Shown here piece after piece: positions 27,867 through 37,428 of a stretch of DNA of 64,000 bases (the stretch's first letter is position 1; every line of letters starts with the position of its first letter). Source of the stretch: Polyangiaceae bacterium (lineage in GTDB: Bacteria > Myxococcota_A > Polyangia > Polyangiales > Polyangiaceae); NCBI GenBank assembly GCA_965222375.1, contig CBDCTZ010000011.1:32001-96000 (forward strand). Direction: 5' to 3'. The notes under the pieces are model-generated. The model was not told the DNA's origin. It made no database searches and worked only from the letters and a program-made list of their open reading frames with translations. Position numbers and translations under genes: made by a program.

Positions 27867-28904
27867 TTAGGGCATGCAGCAAAAGGTCAGCGCGCCGGTA
27901 GCCTCGACGCCACCGGATAGGGTGCTGGAGCTGGGGCTGCAGGTGATGTTGGGCTTCGCTTCCGAGTACTTCAACGAACAAACACTCGTCTTCTTGCAGG
28001 AACCCACTTTGTTGGAGCTGGTTACGCTACCAGTGCAGCCACTGCTTCCGGCATACACGTCGACCTTGCTCGCGCTGCAGTCGCCCTGCGGCGCGCCACA
28101 GCTACAGGCCGAGCAGCTCCGCGTGTCGCTGAACCCCTCGTGAAACACTTGCTTCTGGACATACCCTGTGGCCGGGCAGGCGGCATCACCCGGTGCGTAG
28201 ATGCAGACCTTCGCACCGGCGGGAGCTGGTGGCAGGCAAGTTTCCGTTTCGCCACACACGCCGGCAGTCGATCCGGCGCAAGCACGGATTTCGGTGCCCC
28301 AGGTTGGCGTCGGCAGCGTGTGATCTTCCTGCACGGTACAGTCTGCGTTCTGCAGACTCGCTTGGACCTTGAGGTTGGTAGTGAGACAAATGGATCCCGG
28401 GATCGTAAAACACCCACTGCCAGATAGAGACCAATTCTGTTGGCCGAGTGGGGACGTGTTGCAGCTCGCATCGATATGCCCGGAGACCTTTGCCGCACTG
28501 CAGCTAGCGTTGGTCGGCGGCTGACAATCACACGCGCAGCTCGAGGTGCCAGGCTCCAAGTCCGCGAAGACAACATCCGTGCTGAGCACCGACGTTGGAA
28601 AGTCGCCGCCGCACGGCGAGGCTGCGCCCTTTGAATCATCTACCACTACCGGACCCTGCCACCCTGCCGGCGCGCTACCCATGCACTGCTTGCCCAAGCT
28701 GGCGCACGTTTCTGTGGTGCTCGCCTCCGGGCCGGAATCGACATTCACGTCGGCAACCCCGGCGTCGTTGGCCGGGATGGGGCTATCGACGCCTGCGTCC
28801 TGTTCCACGCTGCCGCCCTGGGTACTGTCCAAGTCTGAAAGTAGTGAACAGCCTGCAGTGACGAGGGGCAGCAGCGTGAACAGATGGATGAGCTTGCGGT
28901 CCAT
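27867..28904 (-). CDS. Cys-rich lipoprotein
   Basis: Lipobox TAGC; many Cys; ends in TFCC. Confidence 0.85.
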   Translation of the reverse strand: MDRKLIHLFTLLPLVTAGCSLLSDLDSTQGGSVEQDAGVDSPIPANDAGVADVNVDSGPEASTTETCASLGKQCMGSAPAGWQGPVVVDDSKGAASPCGGDFPTSVLSTDVVFADLEPGTSSCACDCQPPTNASCSAAKVSGHIDASCNTSPLGQQNWSLSGSGCFTIPGSICLTTNLKVQASLQNADCTVQEDHTLPTPTWGTEIRACAGSTAGVCGETETCLPPAPAGAKVCIYAPGDAACPATGYVQKQVFHEGFSDTRSCSACSCGAPQGDCSASKVDVYAGSSGCTGSVTSSNKVGSCKKTSVCSLKYSEAKPNITCSPSSSTLSGGVEATGALTFCCMP

Positions 28905-29013
28905 CCAGTAGTGCTAGCGTGCGCTCGCACGCCGCCGTACTCGCAGCATGGACGGCTGCAAGCCCCCGTCGCAGCAGGGTTTTTCGGCTTGCGACGGGGT
29001 GAAGCTCGCGCGG

Positions 29014-29793
29014 CTACTTCTTGTTTTCTGCGTAGATCGCGAAATGCGCGCCCTGGGGATCCGCGCACTGCGCGATCTTATCGCCCCCGGGTACTTCCAT
29101 CGGCCCGTTCATGATCTTGCCGCCGCTGTTCTTGATCCGCTCCACGGTGGCATCGATGTCCTCGACGGTGACGTAGTAGAGCCAGTGCGGAGGCGCGTTC
29201 AGTTTCTTGGCCACGTTCGACATCCCGCCGCGGGTGGTTTCGCTCGCGTCGTGCCACATGAAGTAGGTGCCATCTTCCGGGCCCATGTCGAAGGAGCTCT
29301 TGTGCTTCCAGCCGAACAGCTCGCCGTAGAACTTCCAAGCGGACTCGTAGTCGGTCGTGTTGAGTTCACTCCAACCGATCTCACCCACGGCGTCGTTGCT
29401 CACCTTCATCTCGCCGGTCGGCTTGAAGATGGCGAACACCGCGCCCTGCGGGTCGGCAACGATCGCCACGCGCCCGACGTTTGGAATGTCCCAGGGCTCC
29501 TTGTAGATCTTGCCGCCCAGCTCGGTGATCTTCTTGGCCGCCGCATCGGCGTCTTCCACGGTGGTGTAGGCGAGCCAGTGCGGCGGTGCGCCCATCTTGG
29601 CCGCCTCCTCCGGCAGCGTCATGACGCCACCAATGGGCTGCTCGCCCACGAGCCACATCGTATACGGCTGATCCGCCGGCGCATCCGCATAAGGTTGCGT
29701 CTTCCACCCGATCACCTCGCCATAGAACGCCTTCGCGCCCTCCACGTCCGGGGTCATCAAGTCGAACCAAACGTTGCGTCCTTTGTCTGCCAT
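29014..29793 (-). CDS. VOC/glyoxalase family protein (two domains)
   Basis: WFDL.T.D..A..FY..GW, DPQGA.F repeated. Confidence 0.93.
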   Translation of the reverse strand: MADKGRNVWFDLMTPDVEGAKAFYGEVIGWKTQPYADAPADQPYTMWLVGEQPIGGVMTLPEEAAKMGAPPHWLAYTTVEDADAAAKKITELGGKIYKEPWDIPNVGRVAIVADPQGAVFAIFKPTGEMKVSNDAVGEIGWSELNTTDYESAWKFYGELFGWKHKSSFDMGPEDGTYFMWHDASETTRGGMSNVAKKLNAPPHWLYYVTVEDIDATVERIKNSGGKIMNGPMEVPGGDKIAQCADPQGAHFAIYAENKK

Positions 29794-30295
29794 GGGGCCC
29801 TCCTGAAAATTTGGGATCAGGACGGTATGGACGCTTGGGACGCAGGTCAACCTGTCGCACATTCATGCCGAGCACCCGCGTCACGGCCGGGTTTTGCGCC
29901 GCATCGGAGCTCAGTTGTCGAGCTTTTCCAGGCGGAGCCCCGCGCGGGCGTAGGAAAGATACAAGTTAGGGCTGATGCGGTGCTGCTCGTCGCAGGATGC
30001 GAAGCTGTCTCGCGACGGAACCAGAGCCTAGAGCTGTCCAGATGTCGTTCGTCTGCGTTGGGCGGGCTGTGGACTGGATCAGGGTGCTCGAACGGTGTGC
30101 TCCACAGGTCTCGCCTCAGGTCATCGGAAGAGCGTGCGTGAAAGTACGACGGGTGTAGGCGAAGCGCCGACGGACGAATTGCTTCGAGGCGCGCTCGCGG
30201 TGCTGGTCCCAGGACGGCGTGCGCGACGGACGGTAGGTGCGGTGGCTAGCGCGTGCTGGCTTGCTTCGAGGGGTGACAATGCTAAGAGCTACTCG

Positions 30296-31393
30296 ATGTC
30301 CAAGATGCGCTGTGCTGGTCTTGTCGCGTGTCTGGTACTAGCGGCTTGCTCGGATGAGAACGGCGCACTCGCCACGGACACAGCACGCAGCTCGATCTAC
30401 TACGGAGCACCGGAGAGTGGAGAGGCCTGGGCCGTGGCGGTGTACTACACGCGACCTGGCACTACGAAACTTCGCCTTTGCACCGGCGCGTTGATCGCCC
30501 CGCGCGCCGTGCTGACAGCGAAGCACTGCGTATTCGACGAGGCTTCCCCAGATGTGTGGCAGGGCCTTCAGCCCTCGCAACTGTCCGCGGCCGTGGGGAC
30601 AGACATGACCGCCCCAATGCAGCAGGAAGCGGGCGTGGTAGATGTGAAGACGACGCCAGGCACTTACACTGCGGCCGACGCACTGGGCGGTGCAGACATC
30701 GCCGTTCTCGTCCTCGACGCTGCGCTCAATGCCCCGCTGAAGTCGGTCTCGTCGGCGCCGCCTCAAGATGGCGACCCCCTGAAGATTATCGGCTTTGGGT
30801 TCACCGAAAGCGATGTGCTCGGCAAGAAGTACTCGGGGACGACGTCTGTCACCAGCATTGATAGCGGCGTCTTCAAATCAGCTGGGCCTGCATGGACCTG
30901 CAGTGGAGACAGCGGCGGCCCGGCTTTGCACACGACCCGCGACGAGATCCTCGGAGTGTCGAGCTATGGTCCGAGTGGCTGCAACGTACCTGACAGCTAC
31001 TACACGCGCGTCGACGCACATGCAGCCTTGATCGCCAGCGCCATCGCGACGAGCGGCGGTGGCGCGGGTGGCGCGAGCGGCGCTGGTGGCGCTAGCGGCT
31101 GCACCCCGAGCCCAGAAGTGTGTGACGGCGTCGACAATGACTGCGATGGCGTGATTGATCCCGGCTGCGGAGCGGGCTGTGACGCCCAAAACCCGTGTTC
31201 GATGGGACTTCAGTGCGTCGCGGGGAAGTGCGTTTCACCAACCGGCCCACCCCAAAACGCAGCCGCGAAGTCTTCCGGCAGCGGTGGTTGCAGCGTGCGC
31301 ACCGGTGCGCCTGGCTCGAGTGGCCTCATGTTTGCTCTCGGCTTCATGCTGGCGCTGCGCCGGCGGCGAGTTCGCGACGGATCTGTGCGTTGA
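30296..31393 (+). CDS. S1 trypsin-like protease with MYXO-CTERM
   Basis: LTAKHC, DIA, GDSGGP; EVCDGVDNDCDG repeat; GGCS-TM-RRRR tail. Confidence 0.92.
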   Translation: MSKMRCAGLVACLVLAACSDENGALATDTARSSIYYGAPESGEAWAVAVYYTRPGTTKLRLCTGALIAPRAVLTAKHCVFDEASPDVWQGLQPSQLSAAVGTDMTAPMQQEAGVVDVKTTPGTYTAADALGGADIAVLVLDAALNAPLKSVSSAPPQDGDPLKIIGFGFTESDVLGKKYSGTTSVTSIDSGVFKSAGPAWTCSGDSGGPALHTTRDEILGVSSYGPSGCNVPDSYYTRVDAHAALIASAIATSGGGAGGASGAGGASGCTPSPEVCDGVDNDCDGVIDPGCGAGCDAQNPCSMGLQCVAGKCVSPTGPPQNAAAKSSGSGGCSVRTGAPGSSGLMFALGFMLALRRRRVRDGSVR

Positions 31394-31506
31394 GGCACAC
31401 GCGCGGAGCTGTAGTGGGCGAGTGCGCTGTCGCTGGACAGTTTGGAGCCCCGGCGCGTGGCTCACTGTCGCGTGCATTCAAGTCCAGACCCCACCACGTG
31501 GTCAGC

Positions 31507-32514
31507 TTACTTGGTACCCAGTGCGGCCATTGCAGAGTAGTGGCGCTTGGAGGGGCCGCCTGTCGAATGTAGCGTCCAGTCGTTGCCATTGAATGTCCAC
31601 GTTTCAGTTACATCCGCATCCGTGAAACCAGTTAGAACGACGTTGCTACTCGTGGTCACCATGCCCATGGGGATCAGGTCAGGCGTAGGTGCTTGGATTC
31701 TGGTCCATTGTTGGCTGTCCGTTGTCCACGTTTCGGCTGGCGCGTTGTTGATGGGATGGCCGTAGAGCACGCCCAACCCATTCAATGTGGCGGCCTGTGA
31801 TCGAATGGACGTAGCCGGCACAGGCGGGATGAAGATCTGTGTCCAACTTGAGGCGAACGTCCAAGTGTCGTGCACGACCAGCCCGCCCTCGCCGGCAATC
31901 CCGTGCCACCCACCGTACAGCATTAGCTTGTCTTGTACCGGGGTCATCCACGTGAGAGTTCGGGAGTCCGGGGCTGGCCCGTCGATGCGTGTCCACGTGA
32001 CACCGTCGAACTGCCAAGTGTCCTGGTGCTGAGCGTTCTTCTCCGCACGCATCCCGCCGAACAAGATGACCTTGTCGCCCAGCGTGGCCATGGCGTGCCC
32101 GCCACGTGCACGCGGCCCTGCGGCGTTTACACGTGCCCAGTCCTTGCCGTCAAAGATCCAGGTGTCGTCGAAGGCGACGTCGTTGTCCGCGAAGCCGCCG
32201 AACAGCACTACCTTGTCGCCAAGGGATGCCATGGCGTGCAGCATTCGACCCTCCGGCCCCTTGGCGTCCAGCCTGGTCCAGGCCTGCCCATCGAAGACCC
32301 AGGTGTCCTGATCGTAGCCGTTTGGACCATCGCCTCCGAACAACACTGCCCGCCGTTGCGGGCATGTGGATACCGCGCAGCCAGGCACCCCCGGTGGCCG
32401 AGAATCTGCACCTGCATCCTCGGTGGGGCCGCCAGCTTCAGAACTGCTCGACCCGCAACCGCAGGTCATCCCGCCTACCACGACCGCCAAGCCGAGAACT
32501 CTTCGCATCTCCAT
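31507..32514 (-). CDS. Kelch-repeat lipoprotein
   Basis: Repeated HAMA..LFGG..DTW.FDG..W. Confidence 0.9.
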   Translation of the reverse strand: MEMRRVLGLAVVVGGMTCGCGSSSSEAGGPTEDAGADSRPPGVPGCAVSTCPQRRAVLFGGDGPNGYDQDTWVFDGQAWTRLDAKGPEGRMLHAMASLGDKVVLFGGFADNDVAFDDTWIFDGKDWARVNAAGPRARGGHAMATLGDKVILFGGMRAEKNAQHQDTWQFDGVTWTRIDGPAPDSRTLTWMTPVQDKLMLYGGWHGIAGEGGLVVHDTWTFASSWTQIFIPPVPATSIRSQAATLNGLGVLYGHPINNAPAETWTTDSQQWTRIQAPTPDLIPMGMVTTSSNVVLTGFTDADVTETWTFNGNDWTLHSTGGPSKRHYSAMAALGTK

Positions 32515-32837
32515 GGTGTGTTGTACGGGGGGGGCGGGTTCGGCTCCCTTCGGGTTTGGGAACTCGGGCTTTTGGCTGAAGTACCGTGCATTTCGTTAGG
32601 TGGTTTCCGAACACGGCTCGTCCGCCTCGGGTTTCGTCTGAACCGGATTGTGCATTCTCACCTTGGCCAACCAGGGTCGCAGCACGCGCCATGGTGCAGA
32701 ATCTCAAGGAGTCCTGATTCCTCGACCAGGCGCAGCTCTTCGAGCCCGGTGGGGCAGTGCAAGACCGAGCTCGACGCCGCCGTCTCGTGCCTCACGTGAC
32801 CCGAGAAGCCCCCACTCGTCCCCCCAGCGCCGCCCGC

Positions 32838-33398
32838 TCAAAGCAGCTGCAGCTTCCCTTGCGAAGATGCGTCCTGGGCACACGGCAGCACGAACCGGGT
32901 TCCGGACTTGGAAGTGGCTCGGCTTCGAATGAACCGGTTCAGGCGCGATGACACTCGGCTCACGGCTTTCCAATCCCAGGCGTCGACGGGGCCTAGCCGG
33001 TCCAGGTAGGTTGGCTCCCACTTGAGTGCGCGCTTCTGCGAATTGTGGTTCGTGTGGGAGGCTCGAAGCTTCCCGTCACGCGGGGCTTCTAGGTACAGCT
33101 GAATCAAACCCCAGCCACCCGAGTCGACGCGAAACGTGGCGTCGGGTACCGCGCCAGGATTGAACGTGATGCGTTGGGGGATCACTGACCCGCCCATTTC
33201 CGGCGCATGCAGATTGAAGAGCGCGCTTTCTGACGAGACGTCATAGACTTGAAGCAGCTCGGCTTCCGTCGAGAATTGCCGTAGCTCGCAATCTGGCCGC
33301 GACGCGAGCTCCCAAAGCGACCACCCGGGCTGAGACAAGACGAACCGGACGACCTCCACGGCGTCGCCTCCGCAGGCGTAGAAGTCACAATTCGGCAT
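32838..33398 (-). CDS. hypothetical protein
   Basis: MPNCDFYA..., GWGLIQL; protein-like composition. Confidence 0.7.
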   Translation of the reverse strand: MPNCDFYACGGDAVEVVRFVLSQPGWSLWELASRPDCELRQFSTEAELLQVYDVSSESALFNLHAPEMGGSVIPQRITFNPGAVPDATFRVDSGGWGLIQLYLEAPRDGKLRASHTNHNSQKRALKWEPTYLDRLGPVDAWDWKAVSRVSSRLNRFIRSRATSKSGTRFVLPCAQDASSQGKLQLL

Positions 33399-33410
33399 TG
33401 GCCCAAGCTT

Positions 33411-33640
33411 TGCGGAGCGTGCGGAGAAGTCCAGGAAAACCGTGATGGCGTTTGCGACAAGATCTTGGTGGCGACATGCGCGAACGACAGCACGAAAGAG
33501 GTCTGCGTCAATCAATGCGAAGAACTGAACATCTCGACGAAATGCGTGCGCGGCGTGCGTGAACACAAACGGTGCGGCTAGCTGTGCGCAGCCCAACGCC
33601 ATGCTGACCAAGCCCGCAAACGGTGAACTGCGCATGAGCG
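33411..33640 (+). pseudogene. remnant of a Cys-rich lipoprotein gene
   Basis: Startless frame CDKILVATCANDSTKEVCVNQCEE...; continues in another frame as ACVNTNGAASC. Confidence 0.35.
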
Positions 33641-33699
33641 TGGAACGAAAACGCCGTGCCGGGGCTTCCCTCGAGCACGCGGTTTCGTCTGCGGTCAGT

Positions 33700-34212
33700 T
33701 CAGAGCTGAGTCGAAACTGTGCGCCCGCGCATCTGCAGCTCTAGGTCGACATCGTCGAATAGCCACTTGAAGCTGTCGAACACCTCGAAGGACTGCGCGG
33801 TGGTGCAGCAGCCGGTGATGGGCGGCCGAGAATCCACTTGGATCGTGAAGCTGCAGCGGAAGTTGGGGCGCCCGGCGCAGGCCGCGTACCCCGGGCGACG
33901 TGCCCGAGTCGAAGCGCGAATACCTCGATTCAAGTCGGCCCGAACCGCTCGCCACCAGCTCGTCGGGTAGATCAAGCTAGGTCGGCCGCTGGCGTGGAGC
34001 AGCACTCGGTCGTCGAGAACGTCGAGTTGCTTCGTCCGAGAATCGACGCCCCAACAGCTCCCAGTGCTGCGCGTGATTTCGATCCGTCGCGCAGCGTCCG
34101 GAACTGGCGGCGCGGCGCTCAACCACAAGTCCGGTTTCGGCTCCGGCCGACCACGAGACCCGCCGCACGACAGCGCCAAGCAAGCGATCGCCAGGGCAGC
34201 TACGCGCACCAT
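33700..34212 (-). CDS. hypothetical lipoprotein
   Basis: Lipobox ALSC. Confidence 0.6.
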   Translation of the reverse strand: MVRVAALAIACLALSCGGSRGRPEPKPDLWLSAAPPVPDAARRIEITRSTGSCWGVDSRTKQLDVLDDRVLLHASGRPSLIYPTSWWRAVRADLNRGIRASTRARRPGYAACAGRPNFRCSFTIQVDSRPPITGCCTTAQSFEVFDSFKWLFDDVDLELQMRGRTVSTQL

Positions 34213-34308
34213 GGGTTCGAACATCTCGCCTATGTGTTGCCCCCGGGGCCTTCCGCATTCGCGCCGCAGCACGACGCACCACCGCATTCGCGCTGTCGCG
34301 GCCCAGCT

Positions 34309-34362
34309 CTAGATTAGTGGTCCAGCGTGCTCGAGGGCACGCGACCCCCAAACCCCAACAAA
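34309..34362 (-). repeat. dispersed intergenic repeat, copy D
   Basis: Minus strand TTTGTTGGGGTTTGGGGGTCG-cgtgccctcgagcacgct-GGACCACTAATCTAG. Confidence 0.72.
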
Positions 34363-34374
34363 GTCAGTCGCGGC

Positions 34375-35346
34375 CTACTGCCGAACCATGGCGGCGTTGG
34401 TGCCCATCTCTTCGGCATCGACGTTGCCGGACTTGAGATCGAGCGACGAACCCTCGGGGGGATCGAAGGGTGCGCGGCCGACTTGCACGGTGCCGAGGCT
34501 CGGGATGATCCAGGCCAGGGCGTATTGGCGGAACCAGTACCACCACACGCTGCTTTCGATGAGGCGCGAGTCGATCTCGGGCGCCATCTTTTCGTGCAGC
34601 TCCTTGAGCTTGGTCCAGTGCACTCCGGGGTACTCGTGATGAGCAGCGTGGTAGCCGTTGTTGAACAGCAGGAAGTTCAAAGTGGGGCTGCTGAAGCTGC
34701 GGGAGTGATTGTGCTCGGACCACGGGTCCGTGTTCACGTGCTGCTCGTAGTTGAAGAGCATGATCGTCCACAACGCGAACAGCGCGGGAATGAGGCAGCA
34801 AAGCGCCCAGGTCTGGAAACCCAGCTTGAAGCCGTTGAGGGCGATTGAGGTGCCGAGCAGTGCAGCGTGCGCGCCGATCCAGCCGAAGTACTGGGTCATG
34901 ATGCGGCGATAGAGCTTGCGATTCTTCTCGCGCGCCTTGTCGATGAACTCCTTGGTCGGACCCGACTGATAGTAGCCGCTGACGAAGGGATAGATGAGAG
35001 CGACCCAGAAGGTGTGCTTCTTGGAGTAGCGCCAGGTGATGGTCGCGTCGCCGGCCTTGTTCACGTACTTGTGGTGGTTCAAGTTGTGAGTGGGGATCCA
35101 GGCGAAGGTCGGGTAGCCGTAGAAGACGGAGAGGATGATGCCGAAGGTCTCGTTGGCCGACTTGCCCTTGAAGGTGGGGCAGTGGTTGTGGTTGTGGGCC
35201 ATGACGCCGCAGGCCAGCGCGAAGTAGCAGGACAGCCAGAACAGATAAGGCGCCAGCTCCGGGCGGGCGATCTGCAGCCCGACGAGCGCAGCCGCGATGG
35301 CGACCCAAAGTAATGAGCGAAAGTCAGCAGCAAAACGCAAGCCCAT
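34375..35346 (-). CDS. membrane fatty acid desaturase
   Basis: His boxes HNHNH, HNLNHH, HAAHH; TM helices. Confidence 0.93.
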   Translation of the reverse strand: MGLRFAADFRSLLWVAIAAALVGLQIARPELAPYLFWLSCYFALACGVMAHNHNHCPTFKGKSANETFGIILSVFYGYPTFAWIPTHNLNHHKYVNKAGDATITWRYSKKHTFWVALIYPFVSGYYQSGPTKEFIDKAREKNRKLYRRIMTQYFGWIGAHAALLGTSIALNGFKLGFQTWALCCLIPALFALWTIMLFNYEQHVNTDPWSEHNHSRSFSSPTLNFLLFNNGYHAAHHEYPGVHWTKLKELHEKMAPEIDSRLIESSVWWYWFRQYALAWIIPSLGTVQVGRAPFDPPEGSSLDLKSGNVDAEEMGTNAAMVRQ

Positions 35347-35665
35347 GGCTCCTCCGGGCACGAGAGCTGCCATGAAATCGGGTCCGGGTCACGTTGCTTG
35401 TCGAAAAATGACAGCGAATTCGCGGGCCTAGGCGCGAAACTTCTTTTGCACCGGGCGGCGCGGCACCAACGCGCGATCTGAATACGTGAAGTATTTCCGG
35501 CGCTTATACTCGCCGCGCTGCAGCCCGCACTCTCGGCGGACCAACGCGCAACCTGACGCAATGTCGAGGGGATCGCGCAACGGTTGAGCAGGACATGGAC
35601 CGCTTCGCTGTCCTCCGCGGCGAGTTGCGCGTCCCGGCAACGCGCTGGCGAGCTATGGTTCGAGC

Positions 35666-36202
35666 ATGCTGAGAAGCTTCATGACTAGTGTCGTAGTCGC
35701 AGCGGCCGCGGTCGCCTGTGGCAGCAGCAGCGACGGCGATGGCGATACACGCGGTGGCGAAGGAGCGACTTGTGTGGATGGCACCAACTGCCGCTCTGGG
35801 CTCGCGTGCTTCGTGCAGGCAGCCGATTCTGTCGAGGGCGAGTGCAGGTCGTTGCCTGGTGCATGTGGCGGAAAGGCTGACTGCGGCTGTCTGAAAGACT
35901 TCGAAGCAAACTGCACGACTTCTGGGTCGAGATGTCGCGGAATACTGGGTGATTACACGATTGCCTGTGGTCAAGATGGCAATTTCGCTGGGAAGGGCGA
36001 GGCCTGCTCCGGCGTCCGACTCTGTGATCCGGGCCTCTTCTGCATGGTCGCTTCTTCCGGCACCGCGGGGACCTGCATGGACCTCCCCGCCAGCTGCGGG
36101 ACCAAGGTGTCTTGCAGTTGTTTCGACGAGGTCCGTGCAAAATGCTCGAGCAGCTCGGGGTGCACGGTGCTCTTGGATCAAGCCGTCATCACCTGCGACT
36201 GA
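35666..36202 (+). CDS. Cys-rich lipoprotein with internal duplication
   Basis: Lipobox AVAC; two GE.C..C..GL.C..G.C..LP..CG...C.C modules. Confidence 0.85.
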   Translation: MLRSFMTSVVVAAAAVACGSSSDGDGDTRGGEGATCVDGTNCRSGLACFVQAADSVEGECRSLPGACGGKADCGCLKDFEANCTTSGSRCRGILGDYTIACGQDGNFAGKGEACSGVRLCDPGLFCMVASSGTAGTCMDLPASCGTKVSCSCFDEVRAKCSSSSGCTVLLDQAVITCD

Positions 36203-36216
36203 CGCGGCGACGGACG

Positions 36217-37263
36217 TCAGCGTTCGCCTTCGAGCAATACGCCCTGATTGTCATATACGCCGCCAGCGACGACCTCGCCGCGCGCACCGTTGATGGGCTT
36301 TTCGTGCCACCACTGAAACTGCTGTCGACCGTGGTGAAAGGAGGCAACTCGGAGACGCGTGTCGGTGACGCGCACGACGGCAAAGCTATGGCGGCGATGC
36401 TTGGCGGCGCCAACGTTGTAGACGTCGTAGCCGTTGTGCCGATAGCGCCCGGAGGCGTGATAGTGACCGTGGAAGAAGGCGATCACGTTGTAGTCCTTGA
36501 TGGCGTCGAACAAACGCTCCTTGTGATTGTCGCGAGCGAACCAGTTGTCGCTGTAGGGCCCTCGAAAGGGAAAGTGCATGTAGATGACGATGGGACGTTC
36601 TTTGCCGACCTTGCTCAGGTCTTTGTTCAAGAAGGCAATGGCGCGCTTGTCCGGTGCCTCTCCGAGGCAGACGAGGTGCAGGTCGTCCCAGTCGAAGGAG
36701 TAGTAGGTGTCGCCGTGGCGCTCGCGAATGCGTTCGAGCACGTGCCAACCCTCGGCCTTGTCGTGATTGCCGTGGCCCTCGAACACGGGGTAGTTCAACA
36801 GGCCGTCGCCACCGTTGAGACCGTAGAAGAGGACGAAGTGCCGCCACTGCCACGGGTTGCCGCGCTCGGTGAGATCACCGGAAACGAGTACGCCGCGGGG
36901 GCGAGCAATGCGGCCGCCGAAGACCGAGGGCCATGGACGTCCGGGCATGGCATTCATGGCCTTGATCGACTGGTGGTTGATCACTTCGACGCCGCGAGGG
37001 TCGTTGACGGGGTCGTGTAGCTTGCCGCGCAGAGTGTGTTCGTCGGATTCGAAGCCGAGGTGAGTGTCGGAAGCGGCAATGAAGGTGACGTCGAGCCCGC
37101 CGAGCCGCTTGGCGCGGCGCGGTTCGGGCAGCAGCTGCGCAGAGCTTTTGCCCAGCATCGGCGGCGGTGGACTCGGCACGGCGTGCCGGTTGCGCCAAAA
37201 CCACAGCGCGGCGCCGAGGCCAAGAGCCGCGAGAGCGACCAGACTCCACTTCCGACGGGTCAT
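36217..37263 (-). CDS. metallophosphoesterase
   Basis: SDTH, GDLT, GNHD, HGHYH. Confidence 0.92.
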   Translation of the reverse strand: MTRRKWSLVALAALGLGAALWFWRNRHAVPSPPPPMLGKSSAQLLPEPRRAKRLGGLDVTFIAASDTHLGFESDEHTLRGKLHDPVNDPRGVEVINHQSIKAMNAMPGRPWPSVFGGRIARPRGVLVSGDLTERGNPWQWRHFVLFYGLNGGDGLLNYPVFEGHGNHDKAEGWHVLERIRERHGDTYYSFDWDDLHLVCLGEAPDKRAIAFLNKDLSKVGKERPIVIYMHFPFRGPYSDNWFARDNHKERLFDAIKDYNVIAFFHGHYHASGRYRHNGYDVYNVGAAKHRRHSFAVVRVTDTRLRVASFHHGRQQFQWWHEKPINGARGEVVAGGVYDNQGVLLEGER

Positions 37264-37428
37264 GGCAAATTGCCACGGCACGACTTCCAGAAAACCATGA
37301 GGATCGAACTATCGCCAATCGAAAGGATGGAGTCGACTTGGGGTCGTCGAGGCGCAAGCCGCTAGCGGAAGGGGTCGGGCTGGAATTGCTCTAGGTCGAG
37401 GTAGCCAGTCGTTGTTTTGTTGGGGTCG

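Noticed and set aside
29800..30290. 500-bp intergenic region as ncRNA or pseudogene
   Set aside because: Only a short startless minus-strand frame and no recognisable RNA motif.
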